A DNA stretch of 64,000 nucleotides from Chloroflexota bacterium (GTDB taxonomy: Bacteria > Chloroflexota > JAHJIN01): contig JAHJIN010000185.1 of the NCBI GenBank assembly GCA_018823415.1, positions 46,880-110,879 of the forward strand, read 5' to 3'. A model generated the notes under the pieces. The model had not been told where the DNA came from. It did no database searches and worked only from the letters and a program-made list of their open reading frames with translations. This document shows, piece by piece, positions 8,962 through 19,137 of this stretch (its first letter is position 1; every line of letters begins with the position of its first letter). Both the position numbers and the translations under genes were made by a program.

Positions 8962-11900
8962 TCAGTTCTTGATGACCAGTGGCAGGTAGATCTGATACGC
9001 GATCACGTGGACCGTGTGTGTCACCACTGCCTGGGTGCCGGCGCAGTTGGTGGCCGTCAGGGTCACGGTATAGTCATCGGCTTCCGTGTAGGCGTGTGTG
9101 ACGACGGCGCCGGTATCGGTATGGCCGTCGCCCAGGTCCCAGGTATAGACAATGGGCGGGGTGCCCAGGGCCGACGCGGTGAATGTGATCGGCTGATTTA
9201 TTCGCGCCGGGTCTGGCGACAGGTCCATGCTCACGTCATATACGGAGGCACAACCAGTCACCAGGATCGCGTGGGTGATCGTTTCGCTGACACAGAGATT
9301 TTCCAGGTTCAACTGGGCCACATACTCGCCGGCTACGGTATAGGTAAACGTGGGCGTGGCCGTGTCCAGGTCTGTGCCGCTGCCCGGTCCACCAAAATCC
9401 CAGTCATAGGTATAGACGCCGCCAACGGTGGCCGTAAAATGCGCCGGCACATTCGCGATGATGTCGGTATCGTGCCTAAAGTCGTTGGGCGCACCGGCTG
9501 TGATGACCTCGACATCGTCTACATACCAGCCCACGCGGCCCACCGAGCGGTCGCAGGCCAGGCGCCAGCGCACCTGGGCCGTTTGCCCGGCATAGGCTGC
9601 CAGGTCTATGGTGACCTCTTGCCAGGCACCGCTGTCACCGCTCCACGCCTGCTGCCCGGCGATGGGGCTGTCGTAGCTGGCGGCGATAGTGCGGTTATAA
9701 GGGGTCTGGGTGATGTGCGGCCCCAGGTCTTCCCAGATGCTGCCGTCGGTAGATATTTCGATGACGGCGCCGTCATAGCCGGCCTCCAGGCTGTAATAGT
9801 GCCAGAAGGTCAACGTGCCCCCGCTGGTCACCGCAAAGGGCGTGGTGATCCAGAGATAATCATCGGTGACGGTGCTCACGTCTGGCGAGAACCACGAGTG
9901 GGTGATGCTATGCGCCTGGGCGGTGGTGATGGCCCAGGCGTCGGTGCCCTGGCCGGCCGCACGAGTCCACTTGGCCCCCCCGGATTCGACGTCGTCCCAA
10001 AAGACCGCCTGGAGCCGCTCCGTCTCGAACATGTTGGTGATGGACCACGCGCCCGGGCCGCAGGCGTTGGCGCCGTTCACGCGCCAAAAGAGGCACGCGC
10101 CGCCGGGCAGCGCCGTTGGGGCTGTATAGGTGTTTGTGGCAATGTTCGATACGTCAATGAGTGGCGACGCGAACGATGGGTCTGCGCTTACCTGGAGGCG
10201 ATAGCTATCGGCTACCGGCACCGTGGACCATTGGAACGTGGGTTTGATGGGCACGTTGGACGAGCCATCAGCGGGGGACACAAGCGCCGGGGTGGCCGGC
10301 GCAGCGTGGTTGACGGCCAGGCTCACCGTGGTGGTGTGGACGTTAGTGCCGGCAGCGCCGGTGATGACCAGGTCGTGCGCGCCGGCCGGCGTGGCGGCCG
10401 TGGCGGTCACGGTGAGGGTCGCGGTAAAGGGCGGAACGCCAGATACCGGGGCAAAGGCATAGGGCGTGCCGGCCAGCGCGCCCAGCGCCAGTGTCACCGT
10501 TTCGGTATAGCCCCGGACGTCGCCCACGGGCACGCTGTACGTGACGGCCTGGGGCGCGCAGATGTCATAACCATCGGGCGAGGCCGTGACGGTGAAATCT
10601 GGCTCCTGGATCATGTTATAGGCCACCAGCGCAAAGTCCTGGTCGGTGGCATCGCCGTTATAGGGCACGCCGTCGCCGGCAATATTGGCGGCCACGACCC
10701 GCACGGTCACGTTTGCCGCGCCGGGGTTCTGGATATACACGCACTCGATGTTGTTGCGATAGTCGGCCGAACCGCCCGTAGTCGACCAGCCATTGGCGAA
10801 CACACTGCCCTTGTAGGTGGTGCCACCGACAGTTACTTCCAGGTTCAGGTCATTAACCCAGGCGTTGCCGCCGGCGATGCCCGGCGCATCGGTCCAGACC
10901 AGGGTGATCTTGAGGGGCTTGGCCGGATCGGCCACGCCGCCGGGCAGGGACCAGGTCTGACCGCTGGCGGTGAACAGGTGGTTCTGATCGCGGTACAGCA
11001 TGGACTCGCCATTGTCGATGACATTGTCCAGGTTCATGCGCCCCCAGCCCTCGTTGTTGTTGGGGATGTTGGGCGTGCCCATGTCGACAGCGCCATTCAC
11101 CAGAAGGGCCTTGGCCAGGGCCGGGCTGGGATTGACCCCGGCGTTGAACCCCCGCCACCACTCGGTGACGAGGGTCACGCCGCCCGAAACCTGGGGGCAG
11201 GCCATGCTGGTGCCGCTCATGTACACGTAATCCGAGTGACCGCTGACGACCTGGCCGCAGCCAGAGTAGCTGCCGGTATAAGAGCGCAAGGAGGCCACGT
11301 CGCTGCCCGGCGCCGAGATGGTGGGAGCCAGCCGGCCGTCCAGGCACGGACCCCGGCTGGAAAAGCTGACAATGTTCTCGATGTTGGCCGACGCGCCGCA
11401 GCCGGCCCCCAGCGGGTTGTCCGGCCGATAGTTCTCTGATGCCCCTACCACGATGAGGTTCTTGGCTTCTTTGGGCTCGGTGATAGAAGAGGCGCTGGAG
11501 CCACTGTTGCCGGCGGAAAAGACCATGATCAGCGGCTCGGCCTCGGTAGGCGTGTCGAAATTGGCGTCGCGGACCATCCTGTCATGGGTGACGCAGGCCG
11601 ACGAGTAACCCTGGGCGCCGGACGCGCCGGTGTACCAGCTATTGCTGGAACCCACGGCGTTGTTCAGCACCGAGTCTTTGCTCATGCGCTGCCAGCCGCC
11701 GGCGGGCGGCCACGCCGAGGACCAGAGGGCGTTCTGCACTACCAGCCGGGCGTTGGGGGCCATGCCCAGACCAAAGAGAAAGCCGTTGGCGTCCGTGTCG
11801 CCCAGAGTGGCGTTACCGGCGATGATGCCGCCGGTGTGGGTGCCGTGCCCGTCGTCGTCGGTGGGATGGCTGCCCCCCGTATAGTCCACAAAGGCGGCGA

Positions 11901-12888
11901 TGCGGCCCCGGATGTCCTGATGGGCGGTCGTGCTATTGTTCGTGTCGCAGCCGGTGTCCACGTCGGCAAAGATGACGCCGGTGCCGTCCACGCCCTTGGC
12001 CGTGAGCCACGCCTGGTAGCCGGTGAACGGCACGCCCCCGGTGTGATTGCCCACCACGATCTGGTTACTAACCTCGTCATCCAGGTCGGGCTGGGGCGAG
12101 GCATAGTCCAGGTGGAACACGTTGGCGATGCGGGCCACGTCGTCCAGCCGGTTGGCGTCCAGGGCAAAAATGGCGTTCACGAGTTGACCCTGCTGCAAGA
12201 CCGGCATGGGGAAGTCCTGCACATAGCGGCCGCCCAAGCTCTCGATGGCGTCCAGGGTGTCCTTGACGCGCCCATCGTCGTAAACGAGTACGTTGACGTT
12301 CTCAATGCGGCCGGCCTTGTCGGTCACGGCGTCCGCAATCTTGTAAGCCGGGTGCCAGTCGCCGGTCCAGCGCACCTCGGCGGCGGATTTGGCCGCTTCG
12401 ACCTGGGCGCCGGTGCCCCAGACCAGGTAGGCGTTCTGGGGGACGTATTGGAGCACCCGCAGGCCGGTGCTCTCGGCGGCCTTGAGCCACCCGTCGCGGG
12501 CCGGCCCCGCGAACTGGACCAGGTGCAGACCCTTCTCGGTGGATTCCGTGGGCGCCGTGAGGTCGGCCGGGAGGGTTGGCTCGCCCTGGCGCGTGTCAAA
12601 GGGATAGTTCAGCAGGCCGATCTGGGTGGCGTGGGGTTGCGCTTCGTACGGCACGCCGGCCTGTGCCAGGACAGCGGCCTGTTCCGAGGTCATTTCCACC
12701 CAGACAAAGCCGCCATAGTCGATGGCCGATGTCACTGTGCCAGGGGCCAGACGTTGGTATGCGGCCGGGGCCATCATGGCGATGACCGCCGGTGTGGGTG
12801 GATCGGGTTGGGTGTAGGCGGCTGCTCCCGGGGGAATGCACAGGGCTGCCACCAGGAGCAGGGCGAACAGGGTCTGGGTGCTACGCAT
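8962..12888 (-). CDS. large secreted subtilisin-family (S8) protease with C-terminal MAM-like and PKD-like domains
   Basis: ATG 12888 after AAGGAGGA. Signal peptide MRSTQTLFALLLVAALCIPPGAAA. Catalytic D (FADVDTGCD), H (HGTHTGG) and S (SGTSMACP). PKD-like YTWDLGDGH and YDWDFGG near the C-terminus. The track start at 13083 lies inside the upstream MFS gene. Confidence 0.9.
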   Translation of the reverse strand: MRSTQTLFALLLVAALCIPPGAAAYTQPDPPTPAVIAMMAPAAYQRLAPGTVTSAIDYGGFVWVEMTSEQAAVLAQAGVPYEAQPHATQIGLLNYPFDTRQGEPTLPADLTAPTESTEKGLHLVQFAGPARDGWLKAAESTGLRVLQYVPQNAYLVWGTGAQVEAAKSAAEVRWTGDWHPAYKIADAVTDKAGRIENVNVLVYDDGRVKDTLDAIESLGGRYVQDFPMPVLQQGQLVNAIFALDANRLDDVARIANVFHLDYASPQPDLDDEVSNQIVVGNHTGGVPFTGYQAWLTAKGVDGTGVIFADVDTGCDTNNSTTAHQDIRGRIAAFVDYTGGSHPTDDDGHGTHTGGIIAGNATLGDTDANGFLFGLGMAPNARLVVQNALWSSAWPPAGGWQRMSKDSVLNNAVGSSNSWYTGASGAQGYSSACVTHDRMVRDANFDTPTEAEPLIMVFSAGNSGSSASSITEPKEAKNLIVVGASENYRPDNPLGAGCGASANIENIVSFSSRGPCLDGRLAPTISAPGSDVASLRSYTGSYSGCGQVVSGHSDYVYMSGTSMACPQVSGGVTLVTEWWRGFNAGVNPSPALAKALLVNGAVDMGTPNIPNNNEGWGRMNLDNVIDNGESMLYRDQNHLFTASGQTWSLPGGVADPAKPLKITLVWTDAPGIAGGNAWVNDLNLEVTVGGTTYKGSVFANGWSTTGGSADYRNNIECVYIQNPGAANVTVRVVAANIAGDGVPYNGDATDQDFALVAYNMIQEPDFTVTASPDGYDICAPQAVTYSVPVGDVRGYTETVTLALGALAGTPYAFAPVSGVPPFTATLTVTATAATPAGAHDLVITGAAGTNVHTTTVSLAVNHAAPATPALVSPADGSSNVPIKPTFQWSTVPVADSYRLQVSADPSFASPLIDVSNIATNTYTAPTALPGGACLFWRVNGANACGPGAWSITNMFETERLQAVFWDDVESGGAKWTRAAGQGTDAWAITTAQAHSITHSWFSPDVSTVTDDYLWITTPFAVTSGGTLTFWHYYSLEAGYDGAVIEISTDGSIWEDLGPHITQTPYNRTIAASYDSPIAGQQAWSGDSGAWQEVTIDLAAYAGQTAQVRWRLACDRSVGRVGWYVDDVEVITAGAPNDFRHDTDIIANVPAHFTATVGGVYTYDWDFGGPGSGTDLDTATPTFTYTVAGEYVAQLNLENLCVSETITHAILVTGCASVYDVSMDLSPDPARINQPITFTASALGTPPIVYTWDLGDGHTDTGAVVTHAYTEADDYTVTLTATNCAGTQAVVTHTVHVIAYQIYLPLVIKN

Positions 12889-14062
12889 TAGGTCCTCCTT
12901 GAACGGGTGCGTGGGGTTTGGGAATCGGTTGGTATTGGGGCAGAAACAGGATGAGCAGCATGGTGGGGACAAGCAGGGCCGCGGCCAGCAGGAACGGGAG
13001 CGCCGGCTGCCCGGCATAGAGCCAGCCGGCCACGTAGGGTACCACGGTAAGCCCCACGCTATAGATGGTGTTATAGATGCCAAATCCCCGGCCCATCGTT
13101 TCCGGGTCTAGGGTCTCGCCCAGCCAGGTGGTCAGCAGCGACCCGCCGGACGAATAGCCGCCGCGCAGGAAAAAGGCCAGCGCCAGAAAGGGCAGCGCCG
13201 GCGCGTAGAGCAGGAGCAGGAACGAGGTCAGTATCGAACCCTGGGACAGGAGCACGCCCAGCCGGCGCGGGATGCGCGCCGAACTGAGAACAATCGCCAG
13301 CACCGAGGACCCCAGGGCGGCAGCCACTCCCAGTGCGCCGATGCTTTCGATTTTCAGGCCCACCACCTCCTCCAGATAGTTGGGCGCGAAGGACACTCCC
13401 AGGTAAAAGACGCTCAGAATGGCGGTGAATACCAGGCACAGCACCATGAAACGCCGGTTGCGCAGCACCGTGCGATAATTGCCGGTGCGAGAGGGCGCCG
13501 GTACCGGCTGTTCGGCGATGAGGAACATGACCACCGTGGAGAGGGCGTACAGGACCGTGGCGACGAGGTACACGGCGCGCAGGCCCCACATCTGCCCGAT
13601 CCAGCCGCCGATGAGGGGCGATGGTACCGTGCCGATGGAATATGCGGCCATCACCAGCGTGTAGGTGCGCTTGGCATCACCGGTGCGGCCGGCAGCCAGC
13701 ACATAGCTCTGGAGCGCCGGCATGACAAAGCCCGACATGTACGAGATGACCAGGCCGGGGATAAGCCAGCGCCAGTCCGGGGCCACCGCCACCAGGAGCG
13801 TGCCCACCACGCCCATCACCCACCCGACGACGAGGTTCTTGCGGCGGCTGGTGCGGTCCGACAAAAAGCCGGCCGGCAGGTAGGTCAGCATCATGGCCGC
13901 GTTGGCGATGCTCAGGGCCAGGCCAATGTCCGTGGGGCTGGCGCCCAGGCTCTTGATGTAGAGCGGGTTGATGTACACGTACAGGCCGCCGCCCAGCCCC
14001 CAGAGCAGCAGGCTCCACCACACGAGCGTGTTGTCTCGCCCCAGGCCAAACATCCCCCGCAT
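12881..14062 (-). CDS. MFS transporter
   Basis: About 12 TM helices and an MFS-like loop (LSDRTSRRKNL). Its stop overlaps the protease ATG by 8 nt (12881-12888). Confidence 0.8.
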   Translation of the reverse strand: MRGMFGLGRDNTLVWWSLLLWGLGGGLYVYINPLYIKSLGASPTDIGLALSIANAAMMLTYLPAGFLSDRTSRRKNLVVGWVMGVVGTLLVAVAPDWRWLIPGLVISYMSGFVMPALQSYVLAAGRTGDAKRTYTLVMAAYSIGTVPSPLIGGWIGQMWGLRAVYLVATVLYALSTVVMFLIAEQPVPAPSRTGNYRTVLRNRRFMVLCLVFTAILSVFYLGVSFAPNYLEEVVGLKIESIGALGVAAALGSSVLAIVLSSARIPRRLGVLLSQGSILTSFLLLLYAPALPFLALAFFLRGGYSSGGSLLTTWLGETLDPETMGRGFGIYNTIYSVGLTVVPYVAGWLYAGQPALPFLLAAALLVPTMLLILFLPQYQPIPKPHAPVQGGPNA

Positions 14063-14162
14063 GTCAGGTCACCGCCCGCGCGGCGATGGCCGGGCAGGGC
14101 CTCGCGCCGGGCCAGCGTGCAGTCATGGTCGTCTCCATCGCGCCGGTTGGCCGTGCTGGCCC

Positions 14163-14191
14163 ATTGTATCGCGCCAGCGGCCCTTTGTCAA
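14163..14191 (-). promoter_or_regulatory. sigma70-type promoter for the MFS-protease operon
   Basis: On the minus strand: TTGACA (14191-14186), 17 nt, TACAAT (14168-14163). Confidence 0.6.
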
Positions 14192-14202
14192 CGCCGCAAG
14201 TA

Positions 14203-14246
14203 CAAAAAGACCTCGGAGGTTGCGCCCAAGCGAATCTCCGAGGTCT
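14203..14246 (-). terminator. intrinsic terminator after the NUDIX gene
   Basis: agacctcggag...ctccgaggtct (11-bp stem), followed on the minus strand by TTTTTG. Confidence 0.7.
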
Positions 14247-14320
14247 GGCCGGTTGCCGGCCCCCAGCTAACCACGTTACCGGAGCTACACCTTATGATAT
14301 AGCCAGACGCCGGCCGCGAT

Positions 14321-14791
14321 CTATACGGCCACGTCCACTTTGTCAACGGTTTCGTTGTCGGCCTGAAACGTAAAGCGGGCCTGCAACCGCTCCCCGGCCA
14401 GGGCGCGCGGGAGCCAATGGGGGCCGTCCTGCCACATCTGGTCGTAGGGGATGTCGTCCAGGGCGAACCAGGCCGGCGTCATCTCGTCGGTTTCCACCGG
14501 CTCGCCGGCCCACGTCGTCGCCAGGAACACGTGCACCTCCTGGCTCCAGGGTGGCCGGTGGGGGAACAGGAACGTCAGCACGCCCACCGGCTGGAGGTCA
14601 ACCTCGCGGACGCGGACGCCGGCTTCCTCCGCCAGTTCCCGGGCGGCGGCCCCGGCGATGGTTTCGCCCGCTTCTACCTTGCCGCCAAAGCCGCCCCATT
14701 TGCCGGCGCCAAAGCCAATTCGCTTGCGGCCCAGGAGGACCCGGGTGGGCAGATCGCTTCGGACCAGGAAACATAGCGTGGCGGTTATCAC
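14321..14791 (-). CDS. NUDIX hydrolase (MutT/8-oxo-dGTPase-like)
   Basis: Nudix box GGKVEAGETIAGAAARELAEEAGV. GTG 14791 after AGGAGG, overlapping the upstream stop (GTGA). The track version starts too early. Confidence 0.8.
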   Translation of the reverse strand: MITATLCFLVRSDLPTRVLLGRKRIGFGAGKWGGFGGKVEAGETIAGAAARELAEEAGVRVREVDLQPVGVLTFLFPHRPPWSQEVHVFLATTWAGEPVETDEMTPAWFALDDIPYDQMWQDGPHWLPRALAGERLQARFTFQADNETVDKVDVAV

Positions 14792-15564
14792 GCCTCCTGG
14801 TCGCCGGCCGCCAGCATGGTCACGCTCTCCCGGTACGCCTGCCCGAACAGCGCTGCGCCCACCAGCATGATGTAGAACATGAGGGGCACCATCAAAAAGT
14901 AGCCCACCACGCACAGGATCACGGTGTAATAGGCCAGCATAAAGAACAAATAGATCATGGCAAACAGCCCGGCCACGATCACCCACACGATAAAATAGCC
15001 CAGCTTGTTGCGCCGCAGCAGCGCCCACCATTCGCGCACGCGAAAGGCGGCCGCTACCTTGTCGTGCCTGACCAAGTGCCCGATCGCCACCGGTAGGGGG
15101 ATGGCGCCCAGGAGTAGCAACACCCAGCCCACGACAATCGAGAGAAACATGATCCCCATGCTCACAAAGACCATGAGCATGGCCCCGGCTGCGGCCTGAC
15201 CGCTATCGTCAACGCTCATCATCAAGGGGAAGGCAAAGCTGCTGGCGAAATAGAGCGCCATGCCGCCGATCAGGACGATCAGCGCCGGCAGCAAATAGAT
15301 CATGCTGACGAGCCAGCCGCGCAAGCCGTCCATGCCCAGCTTGCCCCAATCGTTCCAGGCCGGCAGGGTCAGCTCCTGGCCTTCGATGGCCCGGCGCATG
15401 ATCTGGAGCACGTAGCCATAGACAAACAAGCCCGGCACGATGGGGATGATGAGGCCGGCCAGGTTGAGCGCCGCCCCGATGAGGAACCGCGTCTGCCAGT
15501 CGGGGCCCTGGAAGGGGAACCGAAACACCGCCTTTAACGAACTGGTTGTCATCTCTTCGGACAT
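14788..15564 (-). CDS. DUF4013-like integral membrane protein
   Basis: N-terminus FRFPFQGPDWQTRFLIGAALNL...AIEGQELTLPAWNDWG resembles DUF4013. Multiple TM helices. Confidence 0.65.
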   Translation of the reverse strand: MSEEMTTSSLKAVFRFPFQGPDWQTRFLIGAALNLAGLIIPIVPGLFVYGYVLQIMRRAIEGQELTLPAWNDWGKLGMDGLRGWLVSMIYLLPALIVLIGGMALYFASSFAFPLMMSVDDSGQAAAGAMLMVFVSMGIMFLSIVVGWVLLLLGAIPLPVAIGHLVRHDKVAAAFRVREWWALLRRNKLGYFIVWVIVAGLFAMIYLFFMLAYYTVILCVVGYFLMVPLMFYIMLVGAALFGQAYRESVTMLAAGDQEA

Positions 15565-15588
15565 GGGAACCTCCTGTACGTGATTTTA

Positions 15589-15610
15589 CCGTTGGGCTGC
15601 GGCCCAACGG
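15589..15610 (-). terminator. short hairpin after the DUF89 gene
   Basis: ccgttgggc-tgcg-gcccaacgg. No clear T-run. Confidence 0.35.
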
Positions 15611-15625
15611 GGACAGATTTGTTCT

Positions 15626-16537
15626 CTAGCCGCTGCCGTCTGGTTCCAGGAATGCCGCCACCGTGGCCCGGCGCTCGACGCCCCACCGCTGTGCCACCGG
15701 CTCACATTTGATGGTGAACAGGGCGAACACGCGGCCCGGCACCTGTGCGCCATACTCGGAAAACACGTAATAGTTGGCCTGCCCCTTGGCGATGACCAGG
15801 TCCGCCGTGTTCAGGGCTGCGCGCAGGTCCTCGCTCATCTCCTGGAACGAGATGCCCAGGGTGTCTGGCCCGGCCAGGATCAGCCGATCCGCCGCCTGGC
15901 CCAACCCCACGGCCCAGGCGTCCTCCATCGTGGCGTCGCTGGTGATGGGGCCGCCCCGGGTCGCCGACGTGACCCGGCAGCCGTGGCGCCGCAACTCGCG
16001 GATGAAAACAGCGTCCAGTGCGATCTCGCCCACGTTGTCATGGATATAGAGCACCTCTGGTGCCGCCCGCACCAGGTCGAACAAGGCGTCCAGTTGATCG
16101 ACCGCCGGGGGCCGGTCCAGGTACGGCGCGAAATAGGCCCGGGCGTGGGCCGGGTCAAAGGCATAGCCGGTGCCGGCCGTCCGCGAGTCCAGGCTGTTGG
16201 CCGCCAGCGCCCACCGGGCCAGGAACCGGAACCGGGCGGCGTCATCCGGGATGGCCGCAGCCTCGGCCGTCACCTGCGCGGCCATGTGCAGGCCCACCTC
16301 GTTGGCCCGGCGCCGGGCCTCGGCAAAGGGTGTGGGCAGGCCGGCCACTCGCTTGATGATGCGGTGCACCGCCGTGATGTGATACGACGGCGGCACGTCG
16401 TAGGACCAGTGTTCGCGCAGGTGTTCCAGCACGGCGCAGTCCACGGTCAGGCGCAGGTCCTCGTCCGGCACGCACAGGGCCGAGGCCGCCTGGGCATCGT
16501 CGATGATACAGGGTAGGCAGGCAGAGATGGTCAGCAT
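15626..16537 (-). CDS. DUF89/ARMT1-like damage-control phosphatase family protein
   Basis: CLPCIIDD..., DNVGEIALD, VIAKGQANY motifs. Internal ATG at 16537. Confidence 0.7.
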   Translation of the reverse strand: MLTISACLPCIIDDAQAASALCVPDEDLRLTVDCAVLEHLREHWSYDVPPSYHITAVHRIIKRVAGLPTPFAEARRRANEVGLHMAAQVTAEAAAIPDDAARFRFLARWALAANSLDSRTAGTGYAFDPAHARAYFAPYLDRPPAVDQLDALFDLVRAAPEVLYIHDNVGEIALDAVFIRELRRHGCRVTSATRGGPITSDATMEDAWAVGLGQAADRLILAGPDTLGISFQEMSEDLRAALNTADLVIAKGQANYYVFSEYGAQVPGRVFALFTIKCEPVAQRWGVERRATVAAFLEPDGSG

Positions 16538-16637
16538 GAGTCGATTATAGCATTCCCACCAATCGTTGGCAAGCCGGGTCGTGTTCAATCTGCCCGCTGC
16601 GTGGTATAATAGGGACCGGAATCAAGGAGGTTTTGCT

Positions 16638-18398
16638 GTGCAAGTTCTCAAACGACTCCTGGGCGCGCTGCGCCCCTACTGGCTCACACTGCTGGTCACG
16701 GGGGCTTTGCTTCTGGTGCTCACCGGGCTCGAATTGGTGCCGCCCCTGTTCCAGCGGCGCATCGTAGACGAGGTGATTGGCACCAAGGACCTGAGCCGGC
16801 TGGGCGTGCTGCTTGGTGTATTGGTGCTCGTCTATGCCCTGATCCAGATCGCCAACGCCGGCGACCTCTACCTGCGGCACTCCCTGGGCGAGCGGGTCAT
16901 CTATGACCTGCGCGTGCGCCTCTACGACTATTTGCAGCGCCTGTCGCTGTCCTTTTTCGAGCGCACTTCCACCGGCGAGTTGATGTCTCGCGTGACGAAC
17001 GACGTGGAGGCCCTGGAGCAGTTTGTGACCCACGGGTCCAGCCTCACGGCGGTGGACCTGCTGCGCCTGGTGGGCACCACCAGCATCCTGCTGTGGATGG
17101 ACTGGCGATTGGCCCTGGTGGCCCTGTTGCCCTTGCCCATTATCGCCGTGTCCCTGCGCGTGTTCAACCAGCGCGTGCGGCCTATTTACCGCAATGTCCG
17201 GGCGCGCCTAGGCGACATCAACTCCCGTCTGCAAGACAGCCTGGCCGGCATCCGCGTGGTCCAGGCATTCGGCCGCGAGGACGCCGAGTTGGAGCACTTT
17301 GCCGTCGAGAGCGGGCGCTATTATCGCGCCCGGGTGCGCGCCATTCGCACCTGGGCCACCTTTTTCCCGGCGCTCCATTTTGTCAGCAGCCTGGGCACCG
17401 TGCTGGTGCTGGGCGCGGGCGCCTGGCTGGTGGTAGAAGGACAAACCAGCCTGGGTACCCTGGTGGCCTTTTTGGCCTATGTGACCTCGCTCTATGACCC
17501 CATCCGCCGCCTGACCGAGGTGGATAACGTCATCCAGCAGGCCATTGCCGCCGGTGAGCGTATCTTTGAGCTACTGGACACCGAGCCCGACATCCAGGAC
17601 GCCCCCGGCGCCATCGCCCTGGACCAGGTGCGCGGCGAGGTGCACTTTGACGATGTGCATTTTCGCTATGGCACCGGCGACGAGGTGCTCCACGACGTCG
17701 ATTTCCACATGGCCCCCGGCGAAGTGGTGGCCCTGGTCGGCCCCAGCGGTGCCGGCAAGACCAGCATCGCCAACCTGCTCAGCCGCTTTTATGACCCCAT
17801 CCACGGCTGCATCACGCTGGACGGTCACGACTTGCGCACGCTGCAACTGGTCTCGTTGCGCCGGCACGTGGCGGTGGTGTTGCAAGACACGTTTCTGTTC
17901 AACACCACCATCCGTGAGAACATTCGCTACGGCCAGCCAGACGCTACAGAAGAGGCCATCGCGGCCGCGGCCCGGGTGGCGCACGCCCACGAGTTTATCA
18001 TGGAATTGCCCCAGGGCTATGACACCGAGATCGGCGAGCGGGGCGTGCGCCTGTCCGGCGGCCAAAAGCAACGCCTGGCCCTGGCCCGGGCTGTCCTGGC
18101 CGACCCGCGCATCCTGATCCTGGACGAGGCTACCTCGTCCGTAGACGCCGAGGCCGAGTATCTCATCCAGCAGGCCATGCAGGACGTGCTCCGGGGCCGT
18201 ACGGCGCTCATCATCGCCCACCGGCTCTCCACTATCCGCAACGCCGACAAGATCATCGCCCTGGAAGAGGGCCGTATCCGCGAGATTGGCAACCACGGCG
18301 AGTTGATGAGCCGGGGTGGTCTATATAGCCAGTTATATCGGCGGCAAATGGAACTAGTCGGCGACGAACTGATCACGTTACAGATGATGGACGAGTAA
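16638..18398 (+). CDS. ABC exporter, fused permease/ATPase (MsbA/multidrug type)
   Basis: GTG after AAGGAGG. Six TM helices, then Walker A GPSGAGKTS, signature LSGGQKQR and Walker B ILILDEATS. Confidence 0.9.
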   Translation: MQVLKRLLGALRPYWLTLLVTGALLLVLTGLELVPPLFQRRIVDEVIGTKDLSRLGVLLGVLVLVYALIQIANAGDLYLRHSLGERVIYDLRVRLYDYLQRLSLSFFERTSTGELMSRVTNDVEALEQFVTHGSSLTAVDLLRLVGTTSILLWMDWRLALVALLPLPIIAVSLRVFNQRVRPIYRNVRARLGDINSRLQDSLAGIRVVQAFGREDAELEHFAVESGRYYRARVRAIRTWATFFPALHFVSSLGTVLVLGAGAWLVVEGQTSLGTLVAFLAYVTSLYDPIRRLTEVDNVIQQAIAAGERIFELLDTEPDIQDAPGAIALDQVRGEVHFDDVHFRYGTGDEVLHDVDFHMAPGEVVALVGPSGAGKTSIANLLSRFYDPIHGCITLDGHDLRTLQLVSLRRHVAVVLQDTFLFNTTIRENIRYGQPDATEEAIAAAARVAHAHEFIMELPQGYDTEIGERGVRLSGGQKQRLALARAVLADPRILILDEATSSVDAEAEYLIQQAMQDVLRGRTALIIAHRLSTIRNADKIIALEEGRIREIGNHGELMSRGGLYSQLYRRQMELVGDELITLQMMDE

Positions 18399-18418
18399 TG
18401 ACGAACGAGGGAAGCCTC

Positions 18419-18518
18419 ATGCCCGGCCGGGCGTAGGACAAATTGACAATTTGTCCTACGATGCCGGGCATCGAAGGACGAAAATGTAGGTCGGATTGCC
18501 GCGCGCAGCGCGGCCTAC
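18419..18518. repeat. two adjacent REP-like palindromes
   Basis: Nested hairpin atgcccggc/cgtaggacaaatt-gac-aatttgtcctacg/gccgggcat (18419-18471), then gtaggtcggattgccgcgcgcagcgcggcctac (18486-18518). Confidence 0.6.
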
Positions 18519-18546
18519 TCGGGGCTATCTTGCGGAGGAGGTAGAC

Positions 18547-19056
18547 ATGGATTTCTCGAGCCTGATCACAACACGATACAGCGTGCGCGCGTATCGGGCG
18601 GACCCGGTGCCAGAAGGCGTACTGAACCGGGTGCTGGAAGCGGCGCGGTTGGCCCCCACCGCCGCCAACCGCCAGCCCTTTCGCATTCTGGTGATCCCCA
18701 CGGCTGGCCGGGAGGCCGAACTGCGGCGGGTGTATGACCGCGCCTGGTTCGTGCAGGCGCCGCTGGTGCTGATCATGTGCGCGCTGCCCGGTGAGGCGTG
18801 GACCCGCTCCGATGGCCTGAACTATGCCCTGGTGGACGCGACCATCGCCATGGATCACCTGATCCTGGCTGCCACCGAGGCCGGCCTGGGCACATGCTGG
18901 GTGGCGGCGTTCGACCCGGTCGCCGCACGCGACGTACTGGGTCTGTCCGAGGGCATGGAGCCGGTGGCCTTGACACCGCTGGGCTATCCAGCCGACGCGC
19001 CCCGGCCCAAGCAGCGCAAACCCCTGGCCGACCTGGTGGACCGTGAGCGCTGGTGA
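18547..19056 (+). CDS. nitroreductase family protein
   Basis: TRYSVRAY...PTAANRQPFR...GTCWV motifs. ATG after GGAGGAGG. Confidence 0.85.
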   Translation: MDFSSLITTRYSVRAYRADPVPEGVLNRVLEAARLAPTAANRQPFRILVIPTAGREAELRRVYDRAWFVQAPLVLIMCALPGEAWTRSDGLNYALVDATIAMDHLILAATEAGLGTCWVAAFDPVAARDVLGLSEGMEPVALTPLGYPADAPRPKQRKPLADLVDRERW

Positions 19057-19137
19057 GCAATTGACCCCGGCGCAGCAACGTGGTACAATCAGGACCGTGC
19101 CAACCGGCACCTGTTATCTCGGAGTCGAAAGGAGTAC

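Noticed and set aside
8491-11439. 982-aa plus-strand ORF, the longest plus-strand ORF in the left part of the track
   Set aside because: It lies fully antisense to the S8 protease gene, which has clear catalytic motifs, a signal peptide and an RBS. Its translation is Gly/Arg/Ala-rich low-complexity sequence with no RBS. This is a typical high-GC shadow ORF.
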